Shown: positions 20,114 to 30,766, numbered from the whole stretch's first letter. The stretch: DNA of 63,908 nucleotides, filler included, from Licmophora abbreviata (GCA_900291995.1; 16 parts of 16 records of this genome joined end to end with filler, not necessarily neighbours in it); one strand, 5' to 3'. Numbers and translations are program-made. Notes: a model not told the origin generated them from the letters alone.

Positions 20114-20410
20114 TTACCTTTCCTGCACGCCACGGGACATGCGGTCGCGGGTGTCGGGGTCGATCACGGCGCCGCGAAGGGTGGCGGCACGGGCGCGGAG
20201 GGTGGCGGTGCGGGCGTCGATTTCACTGCGGTCTTCGTCGCCGAGGTCGGGGGCCGGAGCGCTGGCGCGAAGGGTTTCGATGGGCACGAGCTGGGGATAG
20301 GGCGCGTCGCGCAAGCCGGGGTCAAGCGTGTCGTCAAGCGCGGGAAGCTGCGTGCAGCCCGCCGGTAGAATGACGGCGAAAGCCAGGAAAACAAGGGTGC
20401 CGGCGCGCAT
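20114..20410 (-). CDS. small putative lipoprotein
   Basis: Signal peptide with lipobox-like 'PAGC'; 'APYPQLVPIETL', 'LRARAATLRGAVID'. Confidence 0.75.
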   Translation of the reverse strand: MRAGTLVFLAFAVILPAGCTQLPALDDTLDPGLRDAPYPQLVPIETLRASAPAPDLGDEDRSEIDARTATLRARAATLRGAVIDPDTRDRMSRGVQER

Positions 20411-20516
20411 GGATCGGACCTCGGAACAGGTGTGTTGTCTCTCTCTTGCCACTGTTTGAGGGGCGAGGGCAAGCGAGGGCTTTGATCTGAACGGGTGTTC
20501 AGATAATTTGCCCGCC

Positions 20517-21125
20517 ATGGCCAGAACCCAAGGATCGCATTCCGACATCACCGGCCCGCGGGTGCGGGAGGCGGCGTTGCGTCTTTTTGCCCGAGAGGGC
20601 TATGCCGCTGTTTCCATGAGACAAATCGCCGGTGAAGTGGGGGTGCAGGCGGGGGCCTTGTACAATTACACGCCCGACAAGCAGACCCTGCTGTTCGATC
20701 TGATGAAGACGCATATGGATGATCTTCTGACAGCCTGGGAGGCGGAGGCGGCGCCCGAGCACCCGCTGGAGGCGCTGGAGCGGTTCGCAAGGTTCCATAT
20801 CCGGTTCAATACCGAGCGGGCCGATGCGGTCTTTGTCTCCTATATGGAGCTGCGCAACCTGAGCCCGGAAAATTTCGAGGTGATAGAAGGGCTTAGGCGA
20901 CGCTATGAGGATCAGCTGGAGCATATTCTGCGGCGGGGCGTGGCGCTGGGCCTGTTCGATGTGGCCGAGCCGAAGATCACCACGATGGCGGTGATTGCCA
21001 TGTTGACCGGTGTGAATACCTGGTTTCGGGACGGGGGGCGGTTGAGCCTGCCGGATGTCGAGACGATCTATTGGGATATGGTGCGCAGGGCGGTGACTCC
21101 ACAACCCGCTGCGAATCGCGGTTAA
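20517..21125 (+). CDS. TetR/AcrR family regulator
   Basis: 'AALRLFAREGYAAVSMRQIAGEVGVQAGALYNY..DKQTLL'. Confidence 0.93.
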   Translation: MARTQGSHSDITGPRVREAALRLFAREGYAAVSMRQIAGEVGVQAGALYNYTPDKQTLLFDLMKTHMDDLLTAWEAEAAPEHPLEALERFARFHIRFNTERADAVFVSYMELRNLSPENFEVIEGLRRRYEDQLEHILRRGVALGLFDVAEPKITTMAVIAMLTGVNTWFRDGGRLSLPDVETIYWDMVRRAVTPQPAANRG

Positions 21126-21231
21126 CGCTCGGAAAATGCAGGAAAAACCCGTTCGGTATCACGTCGGTATGACGTCGGTGCGGGATCGGTGCCGGGCGCC
21201 CTGTCGCCAAGGGTTAACCGACCGCGCGCCG

Positions 21232-21903
21232 TCAGATCAGATCGAGCCGGTTCGCACGCACAACCGCATGGGTGCGGTTTTTCGCCTGCAGTTTGGCGCA
21301 GAGCGTGCGCATGACCATCTTCACCTGGCTTTCGGTGATGCCGAGTTCCTGGGCGATTTCCTTGTTGGTGCTGCCGTCGGAGGCCAGTTGCAGGATGCGT
21401 TTTTCGCGATGCGTCAACGCCTCGTTGCGGGGGCGGGCGGGTTCGACCCAGTTGTGATGCAGGTCGGAATTGATGTTGGCGGGAATGAACACCTCGCCGC
21501 TCTGGATGAGGCCGATGGCGTTGACAAGCGACCTGAGGCTCTGGCTATGCGAGATGATGCCGTCGGCGCCCTTGCTCAAGGCGTTCTTGGCCAGGTTCGT
21601 GTCGACCTTGTGGGTGAAGAGCACGATTTTCGAGTCGCTGCTGGCATGGGCGGCCTGTGACAGCGCATCGAGCCCCTTGATGCCGGTATTCACCGGATCG
21701 AGCAGGATCACGTCGGGAATATTGCCATCGGCGACAAGGCTGCGCACTTCGTCTATGGAGCCTGCGACGGACACATCGAAACCATATTCAGTCTTGAGAA
21801 AATGCTGGATGGCTTCCGAGATCATCCGACTGGTCGCAACGAGGCAGATGGATGTCTCGTCACTTGGATTGGTCGGCTTTTGACCGGATTGCGCGATGTT
21901 CAT
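21232..21903 (-). CDS. NarL/LuxR-type response regulator with atypical receiver
   Basis: Receiver-like 'PDVILLD'; LuxR HTH 'LTHREKRILQLASDGSTNKEIAQELGITESQVK'. RBS GGAGGA before ATG 21903. Confidence 0.88.
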   Translation of the reverse strand: MNIAQSGQKPTNPSDETSICLVATSRMISEAIQHFLKTEYGFDVSVAGSIDEVRSLVADGNIPDVILLDPVNTGIKGLDALSQAAHASSDSKIVLFTHKVDTNLAKNALSKGADGIISHSQSLRSLVNAIGLIQSGEVFIPANINSDLHHNWVEPARPRNEALTHREKRILQLASDGSTNKEIAQELGITESQVKMVMRTLCAKLQAKNRTHAVVRANRLDLI

Positions 21904-22867
21904 GCGTCCTCCTGGGGACTGGGCTTTGCAATAACACTCGATGACCCTACCGCAACATCGCCGTCGGTGAGATGAGCCCGACGGCCGCCACTCGCACGCC
22001 ACCACCAAACACACTCATAGCGAGAATGTCAACCGTTGGACTTTCCTTTTTTGGGTGTCGGCAGGTTTCAGCGCAAGGCCTGGAGACGGTCGCGGTGGCG
22101 GATTTTGGGGAGGGGGGAAGCGGGCAGCTCAGGCCCGCCGCGCGATGCGCCATCATGCCAGCAAGACCCGAGGCTGGCGCTGCGTCCGCCATAAAAGATT
22201 GTTGACATGCATCATGCGCACCGCCGTTTCGATCACGCCATAGGAGGCCGGATCGGGAAGGGCCACATCGCAGATCGGGAGATCAGGGTGTGGTGCCGGG
22301 CTGACGCCTGCGCCTGCCGCTACGNNNNNNNNNNNNNNNNNNNNNNNNNNNNNNNNNNNNNNNNNNNNTTAATTAATTAANNNNNNNNNNNNNNNNNNNN
22401 NNNNNNNNNNNNNNNNNNNNNNNNATCGGTATTGGTTCCGGGACAGGCGGCGGAACGCAGAATTAGCATGCGGCGTGGGCTGCGTCCCTTGGGCGATCAG
22501 GTCGGCGGGCGCGCATTCGGTGCAAGGCTGACACATCGCGCGGCTGGAGGATCAAATGAGCGGCGGCGTATCGATCGCGCGGCTCGGCGCGCGAGCGCCC
22601 GGTGGGGGGCTTGCCTGCAGCGGTCCGTAGGGCAGGCGATGCGCGCACCACCCGGACCAACGCGCGGGATGCGGCGGCGCATTGCGAGTATTTGGGGAAC
22701 GGTGAAGGGATGGGCGCGCGCAGGCAGCGGCGCGATGCAGAGCTGAGGCAGGGTCACGTGGAGTGACATCGGGCGGGCCGGTATCGGGTGGCCGGTGTCG
22801 ATCCGGGCGCTGGCGTGGTGGAGGGGATGCGGCTGGCGGGGTGGGGCTGGCGGGGGGCGTGTGTGGA

Positions 22868-22897
22868 GAAGAAGAAGGCCGGCCCCGAAGGGCCGGC
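22868..22897 (-). terminator. probable intrinsic terminator after pirin
   Basis: GCCGGCCC-TTCG-GGGCCGGC followed by CTTCTTCTT on the minus strand. Confidence 0.55.
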
Positions 22898-22923
22898 TGT
22901 GCGGCGCGTTTCGGCAAGGGCTG

Positions 22924-23835
22924 TCAATGCGCGGGTTTGATGAAGGTGCCATTGCGCAGCTCGGCCATGGCCTGTTGCAATTCCTGCGCGGTGTTCATCA
23001 CGATCGGACCGTGCCAGGCGACAGGCTCCTGGATGGGGGCGCCGGAGATCAGCAGGAAGCGGACCCCGTCGGGACCGGCCTGCACCGTCACCTCGTCGCC
23101 GGTGCCGAAGCGCACCAGCGTGCGGTCGCCCGAGAGGTCGCGGATATTGACCTCTTGGCCCATGACCTCTTTTTCCAGCAGGATGCCGGTGGGCTGGCTG
23201 GCATCGGTAAAGGCGCCGGAGCCTGCGAACACATAGGCGAAGGCGCGCCGGTAGGTGTCGACCTTGAAGGTCTTGCGCACGCCGGGAGGCACGGAAATAT
23301 CGAGATATTGCGGATCGGCGGCGATGCCGTCGACCGGGCCGGTGCGGCCCCAGAAGCTGCCGACGATCACTCGCACGCGGGTGCCGTCGTCATCGGTCAC
23401 CACGGGGATGTCGGGGGCCTTGACGTCCTGATAGCGTGGTGCTGTCATCTTGAGCGCCGAGGGCAGGTTCGCCCAGAGCTGGAAGCCATGCATCTGGCCG
23501 TGGCTGTTGCCGCGCGGCATTTCCTGATGCAGGATGCCCGACCCGGCGGTCATCCATTGCACATCGCCCGCCCCGAGCGTGCCGGTATTGCCCAGGCTGT
23601 CGCCGTGATCGACCTCGCCTTCGAGGACATAGGTGATCGTCTCGATCCCGCGATGGGGATGCCAGGGAAAGCCGCTGGCGTATTTCGCCGGATCGTCGTT
23701 GCGGAAATCGTCGAAGAGCAGGAAGGGGTCGAGCTCGGAGGGGGCATGAAAGCCGAAGGCGCGGTGGAGATGGACGCCTGCGCCCTCGAGCGTGGGTTGG
23801 GCGCGGCGGGTTTCGAGTGTCGGTCTGATGGACAT
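22924..23835 (-). CDS. pirin family protein
   Basis: 'DPFLLFD', 'GFPWHPHRGIETITY', 'WMTAGSGILHQE', 'QLWANLP' and 'GPIVMNT'. Confidence 0.95.
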   Translation of the reverse strand: MSIRPTLETRRAQPTLEGAGVHLHRAFGFHAPSELDPFLLFDDFRNDDPAKYASGFPWHPHRGIETITYVLEGEVDHGDSLGNTGTLGAGDVQWMTAGSGILHQEMPRGNSHGQMHGFQLWANLPSALKMTAPRYQDVKAPDIPVVTDDDGTRVRVIVGSFWGRTGPVDGIAADPQYLDISVPPGVRKTFKVDTYRRAFAYVFAGSGAFTDASQPTGILLEKEVMGQEVNIRDLSGDRTLVRFGTGDEVTVQAGPDGVRFLLISGAPIQEPVAWHGPIVMNTAQELQQAMAELRNGTFIKPAH

Positions 23836-24140
23836 GGGAGTGGCTCCTTTCCGGGCAAGAGATATGCCGGGACGCGGCCCGCGCAATGGGGCGATCTGTG
23901 AGCGGGTGAACGCAAGCTGTGCGCGGGGGACAACAGGTGCTGGCACAGAGCGGTGCCGTGCGGCGAAACCCTCTCGCGTCCGGGGCGGTTTCGGGCTAAA
24001 GCGTGTCGCGAAAAGCCTGACCCACAGATTTGCGCGGCATGCAGTGCTTTGTTCAATCGTTGCACGCGGTCCGCCTTGAGCTGATGCCTCAGGTCAAAGG
24101 CGGACCGCTTTGAGCCGCAGCGGCAACCGGGGAGAGATCG

Positions 24141-24643
24141 ATGGCGGACGAGGTTCTGGCGGTTTTGAAGGCATCGCCCCCGCGGCGGGTGCTTGGTGTG
24201 GGAACGGTGCTGACGCTGGGCGCGCTGGCAGTCTATGTGGCGCTGTTCGAGCCGCCGGGGCATCCGGGCTGGACCGCGTTCCTGATCGTGCTGGGGCTAA
24301 CGGCGCTGTGGCTGAGCAACAAGATGCGCCATGCCACGCAGGCGCATCTGGAGCTGACGGGCAGCGAGCTGCGCAGCAGCACGGGTGAGGTGCTGGTCCG
24401 GGTCGCGGATGTCGAGCAGCTGGAGCGGGGGGCCTTGGCGTTCAAGCCGTCGAACGGGTTCATGCTGAAGCTGAGAGCCGGAGCGACGCCGGGCCACGGC
24501 GTTGGGAGCCGGGCCTGTGGTGGCGCATGGGGCGGCGCGTGGGCATCGGCGGCGTGACGCCGGGATCGCAGGCGCGGGTGATGGCCGAGCTTCTGAACCA
24601 ACTGATGGCGCAGCACGCAGCGGAGCGGCAGGACAAGCGGTGA
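24141..24643 (+). CDS. membrane-anchored hypothetical protein (apparent frameshift near 24492)
   Basis: Two TM helices, then 'ERGALAFKPSNGF'. The alternate frame continues 'RRWEPGLWWRMGRRVGIGGVTPG...' to TGA 24643. Confidence 0.7.
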
Positions 24644-24668
24644 ACCCCGGGGCGGGGCGGATGGGGCG

Positions 24669-25308
24669 TCAGCTGCTCGGGATGCAGCTGGGGCATTGGA
24701 TGTTCTCCACGAAGNNNNNNNNNNNNNNNNNNNNNNNNNNNNNNNNNNNNNNNNNNNNTTAATTAATTAANNNNNNNNNNNNNNNNNNNNNNNNNNNNNN
24801 NNNNNNNNNNNNNNGAGGGCTCGAAGCCGGCATTGAGGCGCGGCTCGTAATTCGACCAGCTTTCGACGATGATCAGGTGGCGGCCATTGCCCAGAGTGGG
24901 CAGGGATGCGTGATCCGTCGCGACATCGGAGGTTTGCAGCGGGCTCATCGGGCCTGTGCCGCGGATCTCGGACCAGACAACGGAATATTCAGTCGTCGAC
25001 GAGTCGAAGGTGACGACGGTGACACGCAGCTGATTTTCCCCAAGATCGTTGGTGAACTCGTCGAACAGCTGTTTGGCGCCATCCAGAAAGGGCTGATCGA
25101 TGACGGCCTGTTCGCGCGAGATCATGTCGGTGACCGTGTAGGTCGCCTTTTCGCGGACGCTTTTGTAGCGATACATCTCGAAGATCTCGAAGGTTGCCTG
25201 AAGCGCCCAGAACAGGATCGGGACGATGATCACGGCCTCCACGGTGATCGTGCCTTGGACACCGTCGCGGAAGCGCAGCAGAAAGGATTTGAGGCGGGCA
25301 TATGTCAT
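24669..25308 (-). CDS. TadE/TadF-like pseudopilin (linker 24715-24814)
   Basis: 'RFRDGVQG/TITVEAVIIVP' prepilin-like motif; tail 'FVENIQCPSCIPSS*' lies beyond the gap. Confidence 0.8.
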
Positions 25309-25312
25309 CGGA

Positions 25313-25846
25313 TCATGGCTCGTTCACGAATGCGGAGACGGAGACGACAGCGGATTGCCCGCTGGAATCCTTTTGCAGGGCACGGCCCAGAACGGCGTCG
25401 GGCATCAGGGGGTCGTATTTCAGGCAGGCCCGCAGGATCATCAGATCGTTGCGCTGACCGGGTGTGAACTGGTTGACAGGCGCGGTCGGTTCGGCCCGAT
25501 CCGTGCAATCCGCGACCGCATTCAGCCCGACATAGGCCCGCGGATCTATCGGCCGCATTTCGAGGCGCAGGTTTTCGGAGCAGTTGCCGCCGAGCCGAGC
25601 GAAGTCGCAGACCATGTTCTTGATCGTTGGATGGTTGGGCGGTGTCGCATAGCCCAGCCGGATCTGCCGGACGGTCAGATCGAGACCGCGTTCCAGCATG
25701 GCATGGCGCAGAGTGATGAAGCTGAGCTCCAGTGCGAAGATCAGGAACATCATGAAAACCGGGAAAATGATCACGAATTCGATCGACGCATTGCCGTCTT
25801 CGGCACGTCTGAACCGCCGGAGACGTCCGGACAGGGCGCGGATCAT
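25313..25846 (-). CDS. tadE: TadE family pseudopilin
   Basis: 'RRFRRAEDG/NASIEFVIIFP' and C-terminal 'AFVNEP'. Confidence 0.87.
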   Translation of the reverse strand: MIRALSGRLRRFRRAEDGNASIEFVIIFPVFMMFLIFALELSFITLRHAMLERGLDLTVRQIRLGYATPPNHPTIKNMVCDFARLGGNCSENLRLEMRPIDPRAYVGLNAVADCTDRAEPTAPVNQFTPGQRNDLMILRACLKYDPLMPDAVLGRALQKDSSGQSAVVSVSAFVNEP

Positions 25847-27687
25847 TGGGTCAGCCTCAGTTTCTGGACATTAGCGGCGATCGACCCGAAAGCCTGGCTG
25901 ATGTTCAGCGTGGTCGCATTGAAGTGCTGCGACGGGGAGGAGGCGCAGTTCTCGAGCCGGTCTGCGGCGCTGTCGAATTCGCCCATCTCGAAGGCGATGG
26001 TATAGACGACGATGCCCTTGGACTTGGTGGCGCCACAGATGTCGGCCATGCGGTCGTCCTTGGTTTCGGGCGCAACGCTGCCATTGCCGTTTCTCGCGAA
26101 CATGTTGTCGGGTGCGTAATCAAAGGTGGTTCGGGAGTAGAAATCGGGCGTCATCAGGCCCCATGCCTCTTCCCAGGACAGCCGCTCCTGACTTTCGAAG
26201 TTGGGCAGCGTGGTGGGCAGGGCATTGAACTGCGCCGGGGTGAGATAGGCGCCGTTGGTGATGTCGGTGTAGTCGTTCCAGTAGGTCGAATAGAGGTAAT
26301 AGTTGGTGATGTCCTCGGATTCGTAGACGCAGACCCAATAGCCCGTGTTGCAGTTCATTTCACTGTAGGCGATGAAGCTCGGGTTGAAGACGAAATACCG
26401 GTATTGGAACACGTCGTCGGTATACTGGACCCTGTAGAGATACGAGTCTGGGCCGCGGTAATCCGGCTGGGTGTGATTTTCCACGATATCGGGGTTCATC
26501 AGCCCGTTGGGATCGTCGAGGCCATAGGTCCAGTCATTGGCCCCATCGCCCATGACGATGGCCACTTTCAGAACCTGTCCGGTCGAATAGAGCGCGGGCG
26601 TGTTGTTGATCGAGGGATCGACGATAGTGTAGGTCACGAGATTGCCGCTGGAATCCGTTTTGGTGCGCGTCTGCTGCAGGCTGCTGACCACGGGCGCGAA
26701 GGCCGGGTCCAGAAGGCCGGCGGCCCATTTCATGCCCAGATGCGTCGAAGTACTGCCTGCAGCCTTGAGGCTGTCGATCTTGTTGTGCAGTGCCGTGACC
26801 GAGTTGGAATAGGGCAGGATGCGGAAATACTCATCCGTGTAGCAGGTGCGGTCATAGGCTGTGTTGGTGACGGTCGGATCACCGATGCCGATATTGCCGA
26901 ACGACCCGGTGAGCGAGGTGTAGATCGTCTGTCCGTAGCTGCGCGCCGGGTCGATGGCGGTTTTCTCGAAATCGGACTCGAGAAAGTCGATGCAGGTCGA
27001 ATAATTGTGGCGGATGTCCACCGAGAGCGCCTCGAACATCTCGTCGCTCGGGGTGACCGACCAGCTGTAGGGCACGATCGAGATAGTTGTGGTGCCCTGA
27101 TCCGAGGCGCTCATCACGTCGGTGACGAATTGCTTGGCGGCGGATTTCATCTTGGTCAAACGCTCGCCCGCCATGGAGCCGGAGACATCGAGTGCGAGCA
27201 CGATTTCCATGCGCGGCGCGGCGATGGCGGCGGTGGCGCCGCCGGCGGTTGTCAGAGTGTCCACGCCGGACAGGCGCATCAGGAAGGTGTCCATCTCGAG
27301 CTCGACCGAGGCGGAGACGCTTTTGGCATTGAGCGATGCGACGATATCCGTTTCGGGATCGATGGTGTTGAGATACTGGCTCAGGTCTGCTGCGTCGAAG
27401 TAATCCTCGACGATGAGTTTCACATCCGCAGCGGTGGCATCGGCAGGGGCGCCCGCCCCGGCCAGAACCGCGCTGTCGAGCGTGGCCTGTAGATGGGTGC
27501 GCGCCATCTCGTGGCGCATGGTGTCGATGCCCAGACCGGCAACGGCGAGCATGACGACGAATAAAAAGAGCGACAGAATTGTTATGGCCCCATCGTCACG
27601 TGTCACAAAACGCCCGGCGGTGCGAGAAACGCGCATGCCGTTTGTGGGGGTCTTGCGGATGGATGGGGAAATTCCCAAGCCAGTCAT
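25843..27687 (-). CDS. tadG: TadG-like protein with vWA domain
   Basis: 'DDG/AITIL..', 'GIDTMR.E..RT.LQ..LDSAVLA', MIDAS 'LDVSGSM', 'MGDG', 'VYTIAFE' and 'CASS..HF'. Confidence 0.87.
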   Translation of the reverse strand: MTGLGISPSIRKTPTNGMRVSRTAGRFVTRDDGAITILSLFLFVVMLAVAGLGIDTMRHEMARTHLQATLDSAVLAGAGAPADATAADVKLIVEDYFDAADLSQYLNTIDPETDIVASLNAKSVSASVELEMDTFLMRLSGVDTLTTAGGATAAIAAPRMEIVLALDVSGSMAGERLTKMKSAAKQFVTDVMSASDQGTTTISIVPYSWSVTPSDEMFEALSVDIRHNYSTCIDFLESDFEKTAIDPARSYGQTIYTSLTGSFGNIGIGDPTVTNTAYDRTCYTDEYFRILPYSNSVTALHNKIDSLKAAGSTSTHLGMKWAAGLLDPAFAPVVSSLQQTRTKTDSSGNLVTYTIVDPSINNTPALYSTGQVLKVAIVMGDGANDWTYGLDDPNGLMNPDIVENHTQPDYRGPDSYLYRVQYTDDVFQYRYFVFNPSFIAYSEMNCNTGYWVCVYESEDITNYYLYSTYWNDYTDITNGAYLTPAQFNALPTTLPNFESQERLSWEEAWGLMTPDFYSRTTFDYAPDNMFARNGNGSVAPETKDDRMADICGATKSKGIVVYTIAFEMGEFDSAADRLENCASSPSQHFNATTLNISQAFGSIAANVQKLRLTQ

Positions 27688-27994
27688 AGCATCACCTTTG
27701 GTTTGCAGAACACTTTAAATAGGCAGTCGAGCGTTAATATCTGTGCGATCCTAGTGACAAAATTAAGGCTGAATCCAGAGTTATTTCGTTATTCAACCCC
27801 ATGATGTGAGACAGTTTTTATCGTTTCCCAAGGACTGTTTCCGAATTCTTGCAAAATGCCGGAGAAAACAGGCGCAGGGGATTCGCCCGGCCCATGGGTG
27901 GACAAAAAACTCGCTGACCTTCACGATGGTTTAACGCGCATCTGGCACAGCGTTTGCAACGTCAAGGAGCAGGACCGGGAAAAAGGAACGTCTG

Positions 27995-29425
27995 ATGAAA
28001 CACCTGAATGAGCCGTCGTTTCGCGAAAGCGTGGATCTTATGTTCAACCGCGCTGTCGCGCTGATGGACCTGCCCCCCGGGCTTGAGGAAAAGATCCGCG
28101 TCTGCAACGCCACCTATACGGTGCGCTTCGGCGTGCGGCTGCGCGGGAAGATCCAGACCTTCACCGGTTATCGCAGTGTACATTCGGAACATATGGAGCC
28201 GGTCAAGGGCGGTATCCGGTATTCGCTGGCGGTCAATCAAGACGAGGTCGAGGCGCTGGCGGCGCTGATGACGTATAAATGCGCGCTGGTCGAGGCGCCG
28301 TTCGGCGGATCGAAAGGCGGGCTGTGCGTGGACCCGCGCGAATGGGACGAGCACGAGCTGGAAAGCATCACCCGCCGCTTTGCCTATGAGCTGATCAAGC
28401 GCGACCTGATCCATCCAAGCCAGAACGTGCCGGCACCCGACATGGGCACTGGCGAACGCGAGATGGCCTGGATCGCGGATCAATACCGGCGCATGAATAC
28501 CACCGACATCAACGCGCGCGCCTGCGTGACCGGCAAGCCGTTGAATGCCGGTGGCATCGCGGGCCGTGTCGAGGCGACGGGACGCGGCGTGCAATATGCT
28601 CTGCGCGAGTTTTTCCGCCACCCCGAGGACATGGCCGCCGCCGGCCTGCCCGGATCGCTGGACGGCAAGCGCGTGATCGTGCAGGGCCTGGGCAATGTGG
28701 GCTATCATGCCGCCAAGTTCCTGCGGGAAGAGGATGGCGCGGTCATCACCGGCATCATCGAGCATGATGGCGCGCTTTACAGCGACGAGGGTCTGGACGT
28801 TGAAGCGGTGCGCGCCTGGATCATGAAACATGGCGGCGTGACCGGCTATCCGGATGCCACCCATACCGCCGAGGGGGCTACCGTGCTCGAGCATGAGTGC
28901 GACATCCTGATCCCGGCGGCGATGGAAGGGGTGATCAACCTTGGCAATGCCGAACGCATCAAGGCGGCGCTGATCATCGAGGCGGCGAATGGCCCGGTCA
29001 CCGCCGGCGCCGACGAAGTGCTGCGGAAGAAGGGCACGGTCATCATTCCGGATATGTATGCCAATGCCGGCGGCGTGACGGTGTCGTATTTCGAATGGGT
29101 CAAGAACCTCAGCCATATCCGCTTTGGCCGGATGGGCCGCCGTCAGGAAGAGGCACGGCATCAGTTGATCGTGGACGAGCTTCAGCGGCTGGACCGGCAT
29201 TTGGGCGATGCCTGGGTCATGAGCCCCGATTTCAAGCAGAAATACCTGCGCGGCGCGGGCGAGCTTGAACTGGTGCGTTCGGGGCTCGATGACACGATGC
29301 GCATCGCCTACCAGTCGATGCGCGATGTGTGGCACGGGCGCGAGGATGTGACCGACCTGCGGACCGCGGCCTATCTGGTGTCGATCAACAAGGTGGCCGC
29401 CAGCTATCGTGCGCTCGGTCTATAG
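27995..29425 (+). CDS. gdhA: Glu/Leu/Phe/Val dehydrogenase (glutamate dehydrogenase)
   Basis: 'PVKGGIRY', 'PFGGSKGG', 'VPAPDMGT', 'VTGKP', 'QGLGNVG' and 'ANAGGVTVSYFEW'. Confidence 0.93.
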   Translation: MKHLNEPSFRESVDLMFNRAVALMDLPPGLEEKIRVCNATYTVRFGVRLRGKIQTFTGYRSVHSEHMEPVKGGIRYSLAVNQDEVEALAALMTYKCALVEAPFGGSKGGLCVDPREWDEHELESITRRFAYELIKRDLIHPSQNVPAPDMGTGEREMAWIADQYRRMNTTDINARACVTGKPLNAGGIAGRVEATGRGVQYALREFFRHPEDMAAAGLPGSLDGKRVIVQGLGNVGYHAAKFLREEDGAVITGIIEHDGALYSDEGLDVEAVRAWIMKHGGVTGYPDATHTAEGATVLEHECDILIPAAMEGVINLGNAERIKAALIIEAANGPVTAGADEVLRKKGTVIIPDMYANAGGVTVSYFEWVKNLSHIRFGRMGRRQEEARHQLIVDELQRLDRHLGDAWVMSPDFKQKYLRGAGELELVRSGLDDTMRIAYQSMRDVWHGREDVTDLRTAAYLVSINKVAASYRALGL

Positions 29426-29553
29426 GCGATCAGGGAGAAGTGCAAAACAACCTTGGATTGCAAATCTGACGCGCACTGTCTATAAGTCAACGGCGGCCGT
29501 GATGGCATGGCCACCGTAAAAACCCTGGCATGAGCGGCATGGGTTGGGACCAG

Positions 29554-30318
29554 ATGACTGACCGAACGCCAGACGAGACGGCCCTTGACGCGCGCTATCG
29601 GGCATGGCTCAAGAAGAACCCGGGCAAGAGTTTTTCGGAATATTTCGACGGGTTTCACGTCCCGAAGATCATGGCGGGGCATCCGCATGCGTCGTTGGGG
29701 CGCAATCTGACGACGGGGGATTGGCGGGTTTCGGGCAAGGGGTCGTTCCGTAGGGTCTGTGACGCATTCCGCTTCGTGACCGGTGCCAAGGCCCTGCCGA
29801 AGGAGAGTGCGGTCTGCGAGCTAGGCTGTGGAACCTTGCGGATCGGCGCGCATTTCATCGACCATCTTGGCCCGGGCCGGTTTGCCGGGCTGGATATCTC
29901 GCAGGCTTTGATCGACGAGGGTCGCACCGCTTTTGAGGAGCTGGTGCGCGCCAAGCGCCCGGTGCTCGGCACGTTCGACAGCACCCTTGAGACCGCTGCA
30001 GGACTGTGCCCTGATCTTGTCTTTGCCTTCAACGTGGTGTGCCATGTCCATCCGGACGAGGAAGAGATCTTTTATGACAGGCTGCGGGCACTGGCGCAGA
30101 AACCCGGCTGTGTCGTCGTGCTTCAGGTGATGACCCATCCCGAGCCGATACGCTATCAGGAATCCGGCTGGGCCAGACCTGTGCAGGACTATATCGAGCG
30201 CATGAGGCCGCTGATCCATCACCGGCATGATGGGGACCTCATCAAGACCGGCGAGAAGGGCGGTCGCGAGATCGGGTCTCGGCTGCTTGCCTTCCGACGT
30301 CCGGCACAGGATGTATGA
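29554..30318 (+). CDS. class I SAM-dependent methyltransferase-like protein
   Basis: 'VCELGCGTLRIG', 'GLDIS' and 'DLVFAFNVVCH'. Start is 29530 or 29554. Confidence 0.75.
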   Translation: MTDRTPDETALDARYRAWLKKNPGKSFSEYFDGFHVPKIMAGHPHASLGRNLTTGDWRVSGKGSFRRVCDAFRFVTGAKALPKESAVCELGCGTLRIGAHFIDHLGPGRFAGLDISQALIDEGRTAFEELVRAKRPVLGTFDSTLETAAGLCPDLVFAFNVVCHVHPDEEEIFYDRLRALAQKPGCVVVLQVMTHPEPIRYQESGWARPVQDYIERMRPLIHHRHDGDLIKTGEKGGREIGSRLLAFRRPAQDV

Positions 30319-30394
30319 GCGGCGATCCAAGGGGGTTGCGGCGCCTGTCCGTGGCTGACAGGATGCGGGACGACAGAGGAAGAATGAGGGTTCC

Positions 30395-30709
30395 ATGCTG
30401 CGTTTTCTGACAGTGTCCTGCGGGCTTGCCGTGCTGGCTGGAACGGCCTCGGCCGAGACCGCCGCCCAGAAGGCCGAACGCTGCGCGGCGCAGGCCGATA
30501 TCGTCACATTGGCGGTCGATGCCCGTCAGGAGGGACGCGATGCACAGGCCACCAAGGCGATGATGGAGGCCGCCGACAGCGGTATTCCCGCCCGATACGC
30601 GCCCGGTATCACGCCGCTAGTGGAGTGGGTGTTCACCCTGCCGGAAGATCAGTTGACGCTGGATGTCGGCAGCGCGTTTGAAAAACAGTGCCTCGATTTC
30701 AGCCAGTAG
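30395..30709 (+). CDS. secreted hypothetical protein
   Basis: Signal peptide 'GTASA/E'; two mature Cys; 'LVEWVFTLPEDQL'. Confidence 0.75.
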   Translation: MLRFLTVSCGLAVLAGTASAETAAQKAERCAAQADIVTLAVDARQEGRDAQATKAMMEAADSGIPARYAPGITPLVEWVFTLPEDQLTLDVGSAFEKQCLDFSQ

Positions 30710-30766
30710 CGGGAATGATCGCGCACGGTCCTTGCCGTGACGGACCGTATCCACCATATTCCGGGC

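Noticed and set aside
22425..22920. Arg/Pro/Ala-rich ORFs and GC-rich DNA between the gap and pirin
   Set aside because: Low-complexity translations with no RBS or motif. I could not identify an RNA family or repeat here.
27690..27990. CtrA box upstream of tadG
   Set aside because: Only isolated TTAA half-sites; no TTAA-N7-TTAA found.
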